A DNA stretch of 64,000 bases from Lytechinus pictus (lineage: Eukaryota): assembly GCF_037042905.1 (NCBI RefSeq), contig NC_087250.1:11844001-11908000 (forward strand), read 5' to 3'. Shown piece after piece: positions 26,213 through 39,985 of this stretch. Under the pieces are notes generated by a model that worked only from the letters and a program-made list of their open reading frames with translations, did not search any database and was not told the DNA's origin. Numbering within the stretch: the first letter of the stretch is position 1; every line of letters starts with the position of its first letter. A program made the translations under genes and the position numbers.

Positions 26213-26870
26213 CTCTTCTCTTTCCGTTGGCCTGGCATTATCATCAAGAAATATCTTAAGGTTGACTTTCCTCGCCTGCGGCATGGTTTGGGGCATGAAT
26301 GCCAGTGCTTTGATAGAAATCATCCTGACTTGGTCCTCGCTGAAATGGTTTATTTCAAATTCGTCTAATGCCAATTCGTCAAATTGCCAACTCGTCTACT
26401 ATCATTTGGTCTACAATCAGTTCGTCCACTATCCACTTGGTCTAATTACCAATTCGTCCACTCACCATTTCGTCTAATAACAAGCTGGTCCAATATCCAA
26501 TTAGTCCATATACCATTTCGTCTTATATTGGACTAAATGTTAATTGTGCAAAATGAATGAAATTAAAATTGATATTATTAGACCAAATGGTTATGAGACG
26601 AAATGGTCATAGACGAAATGGTAATTAGACGAAATGATGATTGGACCAAATGGTTGTTAGACGAAATGTTGATAGAGGGAATGGCATCAGACTAAATGAC
26701 TAAATGTGGTTAGTGGACGAGTTGGCAGTAGACGTATTGGTAATTTACCGCTGAAATTTACGGACGTCACCACTACACGTTGCCACCGAACTTCTAAGTA
26801 GTATTGACATGAACTGGTATAGTGGAGTTGACGCTCCGACAAGCGATACAAAGGTTACTTGTAGCAAAGC
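26213..26870 (-). pseudogene. Disrupted ZU5-end/UPA-start exon of the upstream repeat
   Basis: 3' part encodes IKALAFMPQTMPQARKVNLKIFLDD with a phase-0 donor like exon 14525-14754; 5' part has an in-frame TAG and a frameshift; MITE inserted at 26347-26749. Confidence 0.6.
26347..26749. mobile_element. MITE with 8-bp TSD inserted in a coding exon
   Basis: TSD GCTGAAAT (26339-26346, 26750-26757); imperfect GGT...ACC TIRs; inverted arrays of TTCGTCTA/TAGACGAA subrepeats. Confidence 0.85.
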
Positions 26871-28228
26871 CTGTGTTTAACGCTGTACGTCGTCAAATCC
26901 AAAGTACAGTTGCAATATGAAAAGAAATGTTTCATGAGGGTATTTTTTTACCTCACTGTATAATTCGACACATGTATTTACTCACGTTTTGTTCTCTGTC
27001 GTAGATGGCGTGATTTGATTTAGTTTCGGGGTAGGATTTATCAACTGCTGCCGTTGGTAGGACAGAGTTTCTGTTTCTGTTTATGTTCCCGTTGGAACTC
27101 AGCAGGACAGAATTTTTGCTGGTAAATGCCAAGCTGGTATATAACCAAACACGATTGGTCGCTGAATCCGACATAAGAGATACTTCAGCGTCCGATGCAA
27201 GCTTGATGTGAAAGCACATTTCACTCAGCAACCGATCGAAATGCAATGACCCCCCCCCCCCGTACATGCCCATGCGCTATCTCTACTTCCGCTTCCGGCT
27301 AGGTTAGCTATCCAGCGACCGATCGCTCTGGGCCTGACCAAATTTTGAGGGCGGTGTGAAAATACAATTTCTTATATTAAATAAGATAATTTCTCATCTG
27401 CAGTCTTCTCTAGAGTTGTGAACAACCAAAATTTATTAAAGGAAAATAATTTTCATTCTTAGAATTTGTTTATATAGATACGTACATTTGTGCACGCTTT
27501 TCTTTATCCTGCTGATCCGTGAAATTTGCTACGAGTGCCGGGGGGGGGGGGAGGAATCTGGAGACTTTAAATCTCTTATCTTATCATTTTCCTTCTCTTT
27601 GTCTTTTATTTTAATGCACCTTTATTAAATGGTTTCATGGCCAAGTCGTCACGCCGTTTTACTTGTGTTTTTTGTTTTTTGTTGGTTTATACTATCATAC
27701 TTAAAAGATTATATAAATACGAGGCAGCACTCTGTAAACTCTGTTTTCGAAGCAGCATACTACATTCCCAACCCATTTGTACGGTCATCTTGATCATATT
27801 ATTGTACTTAGAAACTTTCTTTATTGTTTATTTTATCAAGATGTACCTGTATAATGTAAATATGTTCGAAATTGAAATAAACGAAATGAAATAAAATGCA
27901 ATAATTTGTTTAAATTCTCGGAATTATCGTGGGTGGCAAATCGATACTTTTATTCAATGAGTGCAAACATTACCATGCGAATTATTTTGCCCGAACTTGT
28001 TTTGTTGCTAGTAATGACGTCTGAAGGGATGAAAAATAACTGTGAGTGATATTTACATATATAGTTCAAGGATACGTTTCACTTACGTTCATGACTATGA
28101 TAGCCTCAAATAGGTTCAAAATGAATAGTGCAAAATTGGCAATTTCATACCGATGCTGCAGTTGATATATTCCATTCCCTGAGTAATTAATTTAAATCAA
28201 TAGGCAGGATATCGTCGGTGATGTATTA

Positions 28229-29212
28229 AGAGCTCAGTTGCAAAAAGGGGTTAGATCCGTTTTTTCATCAAATTTGATTTTTTTTTAATGAATAGACTTT
28301 TAGTAGCTCTATAAGATGATATCAGAGAAACGTTACATTTCAATTAAAAAGTGAACAAAAATTGCAAAGAAAAAATCACTTTTTTTCAAAAGGGCTTTGT
28401 TCCATTTCAGTTTGGTTGAAAAGGGAGTTAGATCCACCAATTTTTTTTTGTAAAAGAATATTTTAAAAATATGAAGACAGGAAGATTTCTTTTGTACCCA
28501 AATTTCAGTTTACGTGGTAAGGCATCGTGAAAATTTAGTTTCGCATAAGAATATTGCAATATGGGAGAATTAAAAAAATATGTTTACACTCTAAAAACTG
28601 GAGTGATGATTTAGCTCTTAAGGAGCGTGTATAGTGACTGCACTTCGGAGTGCTGATTTTCTCGTTCAAATTTGAACTAAAAAATCAGCACTCCGAAGTG
28701 CAGTCATTATACACGCTCTTTAAGAGCTGAATTAGCACTTCGTTTTTTAGAGTGTATGGAGTGGATCTAACCCCTTTTGCAACCAAACTCTTCTGAAGTA
28801 CTCATTTGTCAAAAATGGGTTAGATCCATTTTTCATAAATTTTAATGTTTTTGGTCTCAAAACCTATTTATTTTTAGTCGCTCTGATGATACCAAAGAAA
28901 ATTTGAAATTCACATTATAACGTTGATAAAAGTTGAAAAGAAAAATCACCTTTTAACTAAAAAAGGATTCAATTCATTTAAATTTGGTTGCAAAAGGGGT
29001 TAGATTCACAATGATGATTAAAAAAATGTATGTATTAAAAAAATTGAAGGCTGATAAATATCTTTTATACCCAATTTTATGTTCACATGATAGGGTAGTA
29101 CATCATAACAATTTACTTTCTCATAAGAATATTGCAATATGGGAGAATAAAAAACATGATTTTCTCGGAATGGACCAAAGTGGATCTAACCCCTTTTGCA
29201 ACTAAACTCTTC
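28229..29212. mobile_element. Unclassified modular DNA-transposon-derived repeat (AAAAGGGGTTAGRTCC subunits)
   Basis: Homologous to 31096-31740 and 33252-34067; contains a nested MITE. Confidence 0.7.
28587..28754. mobile_element. CACT-ended hairpin MITE
   Basis: CACTCTAAAAA...TTTTTAGAGTG; TA flanks; near-perfect palindrome; related copy at ~42233-42386. Confidence 0.8.
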
Positions 29213-30364
29213 ATTTGTATAAAAGTGATAATGTGAGTTATGAAATTGATCCTAATCTAGTGAGAGCTCGAAAAATAACGTACCTTTCCATCGCGACTAT
29301 AATTTCATATTCATTACCAACATCAATATTCGAGTCTATTCAGAGATCGTTCTAAGCAATACATAATAGATTTTATTGTAATTAGGAAAAGAGAATTTTC
29401 GCGGCAAAAAATAAAACCCGTTTAATACTCATTTCGAGGTCAATATGAGGACAGGAATAAAGATATGAAGAAAACAGCAACGTAAAAAAAAACGTAAAAC
29501 CATATGAATACATTCATAAATTCACATCATATTACAGAGAGGCTGAAAAGGAGCCAAGAAGATCAATTCCTTTAGGCCTACTTCACTAGGCAGGTTTTAA
29601 TAAGGTGTACGCATTTAACAGCAATAAAATATATAAAAAAATCAAGCTGTCTTTAAATTTCGTGAGATTGGATACTTTTAGTATGAAGCTCGTGCTATAC
29701 AGAAATGTATTCCTGGTCCCCCTTCAGTACAGTACAATGGTGAGAAGGGGTTAACTGTATAATTGCCTTTTAAATAATACCCCCCCCCCCCAAAAAAAAA
29801 AAAAAAAAAAAAAAATGAATAAATAAAAAAAAAATAGGACGATGTTTGATTCTGAATATCAGTTTGGAAGACAGAGACAATAATCGCTTATAGAACAATT
29901 AATAGATCTGTCAAGAATCAATCAATCAACATCAATATTCGAGTTATCTCCACCCCAACCCCATCGGTGACACGACAATTTACTCCGGCGATAATTGCTA
30001 CGGGCTTTATTTTCGTCTAAGACATAGGGTTAGAGTCAGGGTTGCAATAGGGTATTACATGTATGTCAGGTTTATGGTTAGGTTCGGGACGGTATAGTGG
30101 TAAATCCAGGGTTGAAGTTAGTCACTCTAGTAGTGTGTGGGATTTAAAACGGAGCAATTGTCGCTGGAGCCAACGTCATGGGACACCTCCCCCCCCCCCC
30201 CCCCCCCATCAAGCAATATCAACTTCCAATTACACCAAAGTGCAGTCACCTCATACAGGCACGTCCTTGCCAGCTGAAGCCGTATATCAGGTCCTTTTCA
30301 CAAATAATTATATTTCTTGGAATGAAGAGTTTTATATACATATATATATATAAATTTATATATA

Positions 30365-33300
30365 TGAAGAGTTTAGTTGCAAAAAGGGGTTAGGTCCACT
30401 TTGGACCATTCCGAGAAAAAACATGTTTTTTATTCTCACATATTGCAATATTCTTACGAGAAACTAAATTGTCATGATGTACTTCCCTATCATGTGAATA
30501 TAAAATTACTACTCTTAAACAGGGGAGTTAGTACCAAACATCTGGGTGTGTAATTTTGAGACGCGATATACGATTGTTATAATGATATATTATTTTTCTG
30601 TAACATCATTCTGTTGATTTTGTTTCGATTTCCTTTTTTTTTATTGCAAGGCCTTTTCCCTTTGAATAATCGTCTATTTTATTTGTGGAGTCATCCAGTC
30701 CTTAACATTATCATTTTGTTTACTCTTTTGCTATAGGTAAGAACTCATTTATTTTAGATTTAAAACAAAACAATGAACACGTATCAAAAGAGTCTGATGA
30801 TTGTAAACACGTCACTCCAGGAATTTTGTGTGACCGACTGACCGACTGACCGAATAATCGCATTCTACTTTCAGGAATGGGACGAACAAATTATATTTGC
30901 GAGGCCCCACTATTGTGGTATGAGATGAATAGTGTACATACATTCTATCATTAATTTGTAATGATTCACAGTTCATACATCATTGGTTGATATTAAGCTG
31001 AAGTTCATATGCCCCCTCTCTCACACTTTCTCTCTCTCCCCCATCTCTCCCCCCCCCCCTCTCTCTCTCTATGATATATATATATATATATATATGAAGA
31101 GCTCACTTGCAAAAGGGGTTAGGTCCATTTTTCATCAAATTTGATTTGTATGTCTCAATGTATAGACTTGTTGTTGCTCTATAAGATGATACCAAAAAAG
31201 GTTGAAATTCCCATTAAAAAGTGAACTATAATGGCAAAGAAAAATCCCTTTTTTCACAAGGGGTTAGGTCCATTTCAGTTTGGTTGCAAATGGGGTTAGG
31301 TCCACACAGAATTATTTTGGACAAGAATATTTTAAAAAGTATGAAGACAGGTATATTTCTTCTTTACCCAATTTCATGTTCTCGTGGTAAGGTATCATAA
31401 AAATGTGGTTTCGCATAAAAATATTGCAATATGGGAGAATTAAAAAATGATTTTCTTGGAGTGGACCTAACACCTTTTGCAACCAAACTCTTCTGAAGAA
31501 CTCATTTTTCAAAAGGGGATAGGTCAATTTTTCAAAAATTGTATTGTTTTCTGTCTCTAAACCTCTAAATTTTTAGTCGCTCTGATTATACCAAAGAAAA
31601 TTTGAAATTCAAATGAAAAAGTGGCAAAGAAAAATCACTTTTTTAATAAAAAGACATTGGAGTCATTTCAGTTTGCTTGCAAAAGGGGTTAGGTCCGCAA
31701 TGATATATTTTTTTAAATATATAGAAAAAAAGACAGGTAGATTTGTGGGTTTAAGCATTTGCTTGGGTCTTTTTAAGCTCTGTCCGAGCAGCTTGAGCGT
31801 TTGCTTGATCAGGGCGTTCGTGTTTTATAATCATGTTTATGCACATGAGAGAGAACCCCAAGGTACGTGAACATGTTCTCTTCCTAGTAAGTGCAACCCG
31901 AATGCAAACTATATAAATGTGGAGCGTTGTGGCCCAGTGGATTAGTCTTCGGACTCTGAAACAGAGGGTCATGGGTTTAAATCTCAGCCATGGCGTAATT
32001 TCCTTCGGCAAAAAAAATTATCCACATTGTGGAGCACGCGACCCAGGTGAGGTAAATGTGTACCTGGCAGGAATTTATTCCTTGAAATGCCACCGCGCTG
32101 TAAAAGACTGTGGGGCTAAAGACAGGGTAATATCCAATTAATAAGCGCATAGGGACGCATTTGGCAGTGATATGCGCTATAATGAGCATGTTGGTATTGT
32201 TATTATTAAATTTACTGATTATAGACAAGTTATAGAAACAGTTTGACGCCACGTCTAAGGAAACGATGTGACATGACTGAAGTGGCATTTTGCACTGCCA
32301 CACCTCTGCGTTCGAATCCTGCCTTCTGGGGTCGTGTTTTCACCAGCGTAACGTCGCCATTTATTGTTCAAACCGATATCAATTGCTTTCTGAAGGCAAG
32401 AAAGGGTTTAAACCCAAGCGATAGGTTATGCATATGGAATTGTTAAGGATCTTTTGCTTTGCTATCAATTGCTTGTGCTTTAAACAATTGCTTTCCAACA
32501 AATGCTACAGTGGCGTTACAGAAAACTTTAACGTCACTTGTATTTAATAGCCAGTCGATGTAATTACAATTGTGACCAAAGAAAATAAACGCCCGCACAA
32601 TTACTTATCAATAAATACAAGTTCGAATAAACAAAAGTCTTTTTTTTTATTTACATAATACGTACTATTATACCATTATCATAATATTACGATAATAAAT
32701 AATAATGATGATGATGGTGATATTGATAATAATAATGATAGTAAAAATAATGATAATGATGATGATAATATGATTAATGATAATAATAATGATAACAATA
32801 ATATTAATAATAATAATCAATCGTAATAACGTTCTAAGCACTGCATATTTTTACCACGGCATTAGCACGGCTAAACTGGCTTTCGAACATTCAATGACTC
32901 TCTTCCTATTGAGGTAGCCGTAGGGGAGATGTGATTGCACCATTATTTACTAAACGTGGTGGAGAATGGCTGATGTTGATAATAGCATTGGTAGGGTCCA
33001 TGATAATAGGCAGGTCTCTATAAAGTAGCTTCTTCCATCTGTGAAATTCATGACTAGAGAGGGTTTTTCTCATTTTTAATGAGCTTGACCCAAAAATCAC
33101 CTTTTTAAGTCTGTCCTTGCTGCTCTAAATTTATATCAAATTTCACGATTTTTTTTGGTATCATTGTTAAGAAGAATCATTCTTTCTCATCATGTGTTCG
33201 GTTTATTTGAAAATTATGTAACGTAATGAAACTTTTGATATAAAACATGACTGAAGAGCTCACTTTCAAAAGGGGTTAGGTCCATTTTTTATCAAATTTG

Positions 33301-34067
33301 ATTTTTATGTCTTAATGTATAAATTTTTAGTAGCTCTATAAGATGATACCAAAGAAAAGTTGAAATTCCTATTCAAAATTGAACTAAATTAGGCAATCAT
33401 TTTTTTTTCAAAAGGGGTTAGGTCCATTTCAGTTTAGTAGCAAAAGGGGTTAGGTCCACACAGATTTTTTTGGAAAAGAATATCATAAAAAATATGAAGA
33501 CAGGGAGATATCTTTTATACCCAATTTTATGTTATCATGGTAGGGTATCATGAAAATTTAGTTTCGCATAAGAATATTGCAATATAGGAGAATTAAAAAA
33601 AATGATTTTCTTGGAGTGGACCTAACCCCTTTTGCAAACAAACTCTTCTGAAGAGCTCATTTGTCAAAAGGGGTTAGGTCCATTGTTCATAAATTTTATT
33701 GTTTTCTGTCTCAAAACCTGTAAATTTTGAGTTGCTCTGGTGAAAACAAAGAATATTTGAAATTTTCATGAAAACGTGAATAAAAGTGGCAAAGAAAAAT
33801 CACTTCTTCATTAAAAATAGATTGGATTCATTTCAGTTTAGTTGCAAAAGGGTTTATGTCCACAATTATGATTTTTAAAAGAATATATAGAAAAAAATTG
33901 AAAGCAGGTAGATTTCTTTTATACCCAATTTTATGTTCACATGATAGAGTAGTACATCATGACAGTTTAGTTTCTCATAAGAATATTGCAGTAAGTGAGA
34001 ATAAAAAACATCGTTTTTCTCGGAATGGTCTAAAGTGGAACTAACTCCTTTTGCAACTAAACTCTTC
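30365..34067. mobile_element. Composite element bounded by ~140-bp inverted repeats of the same modular family
   Basis: 30365-30507 (TGAAGAGTTTAGTTGCAAAA...) is the reverse complement of ~33920-34067; internal direct copies and a nested SINE. Confidence 0.55.
31920..32207 (+). mobile_element. tRNA-derived SINE (family B), second copy
   Basis: Aligns with 11270-11562; GACCCAGGTGAGGTAAATG core; TTA tail. Confidence 0.75.
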
Positions 34068-35874
34068 AATTTTACAAAATAAATATTTTCATCTGGCAAA
34101 CGTAGTTATTTTTACGCTTTACTTTTGCTTTAGCCCAATTATTTTAGATCATAAAAAAATGTTTTCAAGTGGCATAAGTTTCAAAATAAATACTGAGATT
34201 AATCGGGGCAAGATTACACTTTTGATTGGCCAAGTTAAAAAAGCAGCTTCAAAACAGGAATATTGAACTCTGATTGGTTAAAGAGACAACGCACCCACCC
34301 AAATTCTAACGGTTCCAATGCGGGGGCCCCTCCAAGTGCACACTCCCCATGTGATAATCTCTTCAGATTACCCGCACCTGTTGTTTTGAAACTTTATCCA
34401 GCCAATCAGAACTCTGAATTTAATGCTACTCCAAATTTTTTTTTGAAAGCTCGTCTTGTACCCTGGGAGAAGCGTGACCTTGACCTTAACAAAAGGTGCC
34501 TCATATACGAAAGTGACAGAAGGCAAAGAATTCCAGCTTTGTGGTGATAAAGATATCATTGAGGCTCAATATAAATATTTTTTCACAATTTGCAAAAATT
34601 AAAACAGAGTAAACAAATTCGAGTTTGTGACACATGATCTGGCCTAAAAAATCACTTATTTATCAAAATATTTTATAACAGATATCTTTTGTTTGGCCAA
34701 CATGAAACAGAAACATTTACTCTGCCCAATGGTGCATTGCTATTTATTTTGACTTGTCAATGAGGATAAAGTGGGTATTATTCTTTGAGAAAGAAAATCT
34801 CACGATTCACGAGATTTTGCATAGGGGAAGATTTATCCACGAGAGGATTTGGATGTATCTGGCCATGGACCTATATACTTCTCTGATCTGACCTACTTTG
34901 ATCATTAGCACTAGGACAGTCCTGCGGTCTGACTACATTGTCATTGTTGTATTACCTTGGAAAATTAGGTAAGTCAGACTATGCAATTGTTTTATACAAT
35001 TGTGGAGAAAAGGAGGAGGGGGAGAGAGAGAGTATATATAAGACATGCTAAATTGTAATAACGATTCAAGGACTCGCATTCATTACAAATTAATTGTAGT
35101 CACAATATACAATTTTTCATCCCATAGCAACTATACATATTTTAGTATTACCATCATATCAAGAAGAATGGGGCTCGTAAGTAGTTTGATGAGCTTCTTC
35201 TATTCACAAACACGTGATCGCCCTAATTAAGTATCACGTTAAAACGCCATCATCAGAGTTACTTGACAAAGTTAACGGTTCTATGATATCTCTTCTGGTG
35301 GACATTTAGGTTCATCTTACTTTTTTTTTTTCTGCCGTTGTCCCTAGATCATCTTTGATGTCACGCTACCCCCTCGAGGCCTCACCATCGTCAATTTCAT
35401 ACCATGTCCGCGGCTCATTCAACCGAATTGAACGGGAATTATTGGTTTATTTCGTGTCTTTATCTATTTTCAGCATACAGATCAGAAATTCAGAATGAAA
35501 AATAAAATATATCAAAAGCAAACACGGTTACAAATTGCTATCATCAATGCAAGCAAAATACGATCAATTTGAATTATAATTTGGAAAAATAAAGAATAAA
35601 ACACTCTGAAAAATAGGAATGGATGAATGCATGTTTATACAATTGTAAAAGAGACAAGGGTGATAAACATTAAAGTGATATGCATCAGCGCCGTAGGCGA
35701 CCTTGGCAGTTGATACAAATTAATTTCTTTACTTTTTATGCTGTCAATTTTCATTCCCTAGCAACTAAACATGTAGGTATATCCATCACAACTCTTCGCC
35801 GGGTCTCGCAAATGTCACAGGTTGATACTTTTCTCTATTCGCAATCCACTTCGTGTAGTGAGGTTTAGGAACTG

Positions 35875-36130
35875 CACTCTAAAAAATATTGGGTAAAAAT
35901 GCTCCATGACCGTAATTTATGTGTCTAACCAACATTGGGAATTTCTTTTGGGCATTTTTATTAAACCAGTGTGATGAAATTCTTGCCCATCCTAAAGTAA
36001 TTGCTGCCTATTTTTTAAAACTTACTGGACAATGTGCTTCCCGCATTGGGTAAAATACTGCCCCAAATTAGTTGGACACATAATCACCCTCGTGCTGGTT
36101 AAAGATTTTCCCAACATTTGTTTTGCAGTG
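35875..36130. mobile_element. CACT-ended MITE (CACTCTAAAAAATATTGGGTAAAA family)
   Basis: CACT...AGTG ends; 2-bp TG duplication; copy at ~395-603; relatives at ~1090-1332, ~6480-6696 and 58038-58603. Confidence 0.75.
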
Positions 36131-37029
36131 TGATTTATCTACTTAGTCCTATAGGCCTCTGGGTGTGTGCTTGACTTTCGGAAATGGTAAGTATCTGTCA
36201 AATTGTTCTATAACCATCACTGAATGGTTAGAATCCAAACTTAAGTACTTCTTATTCCTTCTGGTTATTGGTTCAAATGATTATCTTTCTCGAGGTATAC
36301 TTTAGGTTCATTTCAAGAAACTTGCCGACGCTGACGAACCTTTGCTAATAAGTTAATTAAATTCAAGTTGATTTTCTTCAATTTCGTTAAAAAAATGTAC
36401 ATCCAAATGTATAGATTTGTTTATCAAGATAAAGTTACAGATAAAATGGTTGGTGTATGAAACCGTAGAGAATTTAAAACAGTAGCACACACAACGAAAA
36501 TGCGAAAGGTATATGATTGCGGGAGTGGTTTACTGTAAACCATGAGGGGAGTCCTAGAAGGACTAAGCAAGTGGATAGAGTTAAAAGACAAATGGAAAGA
36601 CCAGGAGACCGTTTCATGAAAGTCTTTCTTCAACAGATACCATACTAACAGTCAGAGGCCGGTGCCTTTAAGCCAATCAAAACCAAGGATTTCACTGAAA
36701 TTGTCAGCACTGACAATTTAGTCAGTGCTGACAACTTTCATGAAACACCCACCTGAAGACGATGAATGGAAGGTAGTTTTATTTTCTAAAAATGACTCTA
36801 GTTCTTAAAATAACTGCATATCACAAAAAATTAAAGGATTGGGTAGTTGGCGCGATGGAAGGAGGCTGACTTCAGTCGGCAAGTGGACATGGTGGAGTTG
36901 CAAAGCAGGAGCGCGATAGAAGACTCTGCGGGCAGGTTGACTGTCCATCTTCAGGAGTGAGTGTTCTCTAGACGTGTGTGCGGAGTTCGGGGAACAAGCA
37001 AAGTAGTTTCGAAGAGATTTTTATGATTG

Positions 37030-37228
37030 GTAGTATTTTTTTTTTACCTGATTGCAAAGAAAGCATGAATGCTTGTAAGCCATCAACCAGACGGCCGACG
37101 GGTTCCTCACCGAGGGACCAGGAAATGAGGATTTAAATGCCTTGCCATTCGCACACCAATTGGGAATCGAACCCGGGTCACCAGAATACGAAACTCCCGC
37201 TCTTCCGACTAAGCTATCGCGCGCCTCC
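37030..37228 (-). mobile_element. tRNA-derived SINE (third family)
   Basis: Minus strand: TAGCTTAGTCGG A box, GGTTCGATTCCC B box, non-tRNA body, A-rich tail. Confidence 0.6.
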
Positions 37229-38684
37229 ATCAAGAGACATGATGATTAAGTAGTGTATGTCACCTCTGTCCATCTTTATTCAAACAGTTCATGAAGATAG
37301 CCATCGTGGTATTTTTCCTACTCAACCACCAAGTCAAGGGTAAGTTTTATTTCAATCCGTATCCATTCAGCAATTTCTCCCATTTCGAGGAGTGGGCGCA
37401 AACACATGTGTTACCCCTCCCACGGAGCAATAACTGTCAAGATCATCCAGCGTATAAACCATTCATTTATTGATGAAGCATAGTTTAAATCCGCAAAAAG
37501 TCAGTACACGAAATACATGTACCATTCGGTAATTGAATACCAAAACATACATTAATGAATATCATGACGTCACATCTAAAGAAAAATTAAATTGTACTTG
37601 CTCACCCATGTTATTTTGTTTTTTGTAGTGAAAACATGTTTAAACGGAAATCCGTCGATTTTTGGTCCTAGCATGGCGTGTGAGAGAAATGGGGAAAAAA
37701 GAAAAAAGTGGTGAACGTTTAAAATAATTCCGACAAGCAATAACACCCCTGAGACAAATTGGCAACAGAGTAAGTAATATTATGACAAGAATTATGGACA
37801 ACTTTTCACCATGCCGAGGGCTTTTAGGCTTAATCATCAGGGATATGTGTTTTTTTATGTACATCGCAGAGGAAGTGATCAAAATATAGAGCGAATAGAA
37901 TAGTCTGAAGTTTTTATGAAAAAAATGAGTTAAAAAAATACATTTAACATGTGTCGGCCATTTTGGAGCAAATTTAAGAGTAAACATTGCCCTACCTCAC
38001 TATGGAATCACAGCATTGGCCAACTCGGTGTCTCCATAGATTTAGTGATTACAATAGTTTGTACAATTTCTTTGTGTATCTGTTGCCCGAGTTTTTTTCA
38101 AACTTAAACCCATTTTGCATCTGTGATAACATTTCCAAATTCAAATTCAAAATTAGAATTCGATTTGGTTTAATAGAGTACCGAAGCGATGACGTCAGTT
38201 GCCATGATATCAAGGCGGCCTGGTTCTAAACAAATGAACCCGGAGCGTGTTTCTCATCGAAGAAATTGGCTGCTAACGGAATTTCATCGCTTGCAACCTG
38301 AGAATGATGGTAATTTTGGCAAATACAAGTGTGTGTGTATAGACGATCGTCAGCTGCGACTCTGTTTAGAACCATCGAGTTCCTTGTCATGACAGTGACG
38401 TCACACTTCGGTACTCTGTTAAACTATAGGCTTACATATCAAAAAGTTTTTCCTACGGGGGGATTTTGGAGGGCAAGTGTCCCCATCGCACCCCCCTATT
38501 CCGCCGCCCCTGGTTCTTGTTGTTTTTATTATTATCAGCAGAATTAGCAACAGTAGAAGTATTAACATTTTTATTAGCTTAAGCAATTCTGTATTATGTC
38601 GTCACAATTGAAACTATAAACATCTACCATATATACCTATTATATGCTACTTCCCTTTTCTTCTTCTGATCTATTTTTACCAAG

Positions 38685-38867
38685 ACATTTATTGTGCTGG
38701 AACATGCGCTGATATTCCTAAAGATGTCTGTCCGTATGGAGTTTCTGAGTATACCGGTGAATGGGTGAAATATGTTCCCAAGTACCTAACACGTGATCAC
38801 CCCGAGTACGAAGTCAGAACACCACCGGAAGCAAGTGACAAGATTAACCTATACTGCGCCCATCCAG
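38685..38867 (+). CDS. Cys-containing exon of the EGF/C-type lectin gene (possibly PAN/apple-like)
   Basis: Long pyrimidine tract plus caag; gtacaa donor; 183 bp; phase 1-1; open (DIYCAGTCADIPKDVCPYG...LYCAHP). Confidence 0.6.
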
Positions 38868-39985
38868 GTACAAATCTATGAAATGTGTGTCCGAACGTGG
38901 TAGATATAGAATAATTCATAACATGCTTATAAGCTTTCAAAAAAAATTGGCGAAATTAGGAGCCTTTTCTGAACTTTTTCAGACAAATTTGCGAAGAAGA
39001 AAAAAAGGAAATTGCTCGACCGTTTCATTCCCCTAGAATTATTGTGAAAAATACAGTTGTGTGTATCTAGAAAAACCCTTTTGATAGATGTGCACGAAAG
39101 TGGGGGATGGATGGCTATGCACATGGGCATCAGCACAGATAATTATCTGTTGTGTTTGAGGTGACGCAACAGTAGGTGTTCCCCATCCCCATAAACAAAT
39201 GACAATCCTCTGAGCTTACGGCCACGTCTATGCAAAAAAAAAACAAGAATAATAATGATTTAAAGAAATACTCGGATAGATTTTTTTAGTAGTTTATCGA
39301 CAAAATAAGTTTAATTATAAACCCAATATCTGCCAATATTGTGGAGTCCAATATATTACACAGAGACGGTTCAATATTAAAGTAAAAGAAGAAAACATCA
39401 AGCAGAAAAAAGATGAAAAGAAGAAGGTAAAGAAGAAAAATATTGTTTCCTTTTTTTATGCACTCACGGGTGAACTTTAACATCTTATTGCTTGAAGCAG
39501 CAACTGAATGAAAGAAAAACGTTGAACTACTGTAGTTAGCGCAATTTCGGAGTGCTATACGATTTGGCGAGCATGATGATCAAATCTGACCATTTATTTT
39601 GTCTCAAAAATAATGCATCTGACCTCAAAACTGACAATTTACCATGTAGTTTAATGAGTTTTATTCCTTCATTATCGTTTATTTTCCACAGAAAAAAACA
39701 CCTTTGTATCCCATACGAATTTAAGGAAGGATAATATTGGCTAGCTTGCCTCGTTCCCTTAAACAAATCAGGTAAACTAAGTAAACCCAGCACAATGCAA
39801 GTTATCAAACCATACAGTGTCAACAACTTCGCGACGAATCGTTTTACGATAACCCGCATCAGTGCGGGAGTGCATGGGGGGATAATTGTCAGTGCCATGA
39901 TCTGCGTCATAACACAACATGGAAATTGTATCGATAAGTCGGTTTACAATGTATAGTATTTACGAAATGCAATTTGTGTTTACAG

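Noticed and set aside
21364..26477. Long poly-L/Y/S/I ORFs in the ORF track
   Set aside because: They are translations of TAC, AGT and AAT microsatellites
27280..27360. ETS-like CTTCCG/CTTCCGG motifs as the promoter of the ZU5 gene
   Set aside because: Two short motifs are not enough evidence, and the gene start could not be located
29960..30180. Telomere-like TAGGGT runs
   Set aside because: Degenerate interior of a small inverted-repeat element, not a (TTAGGG)n array
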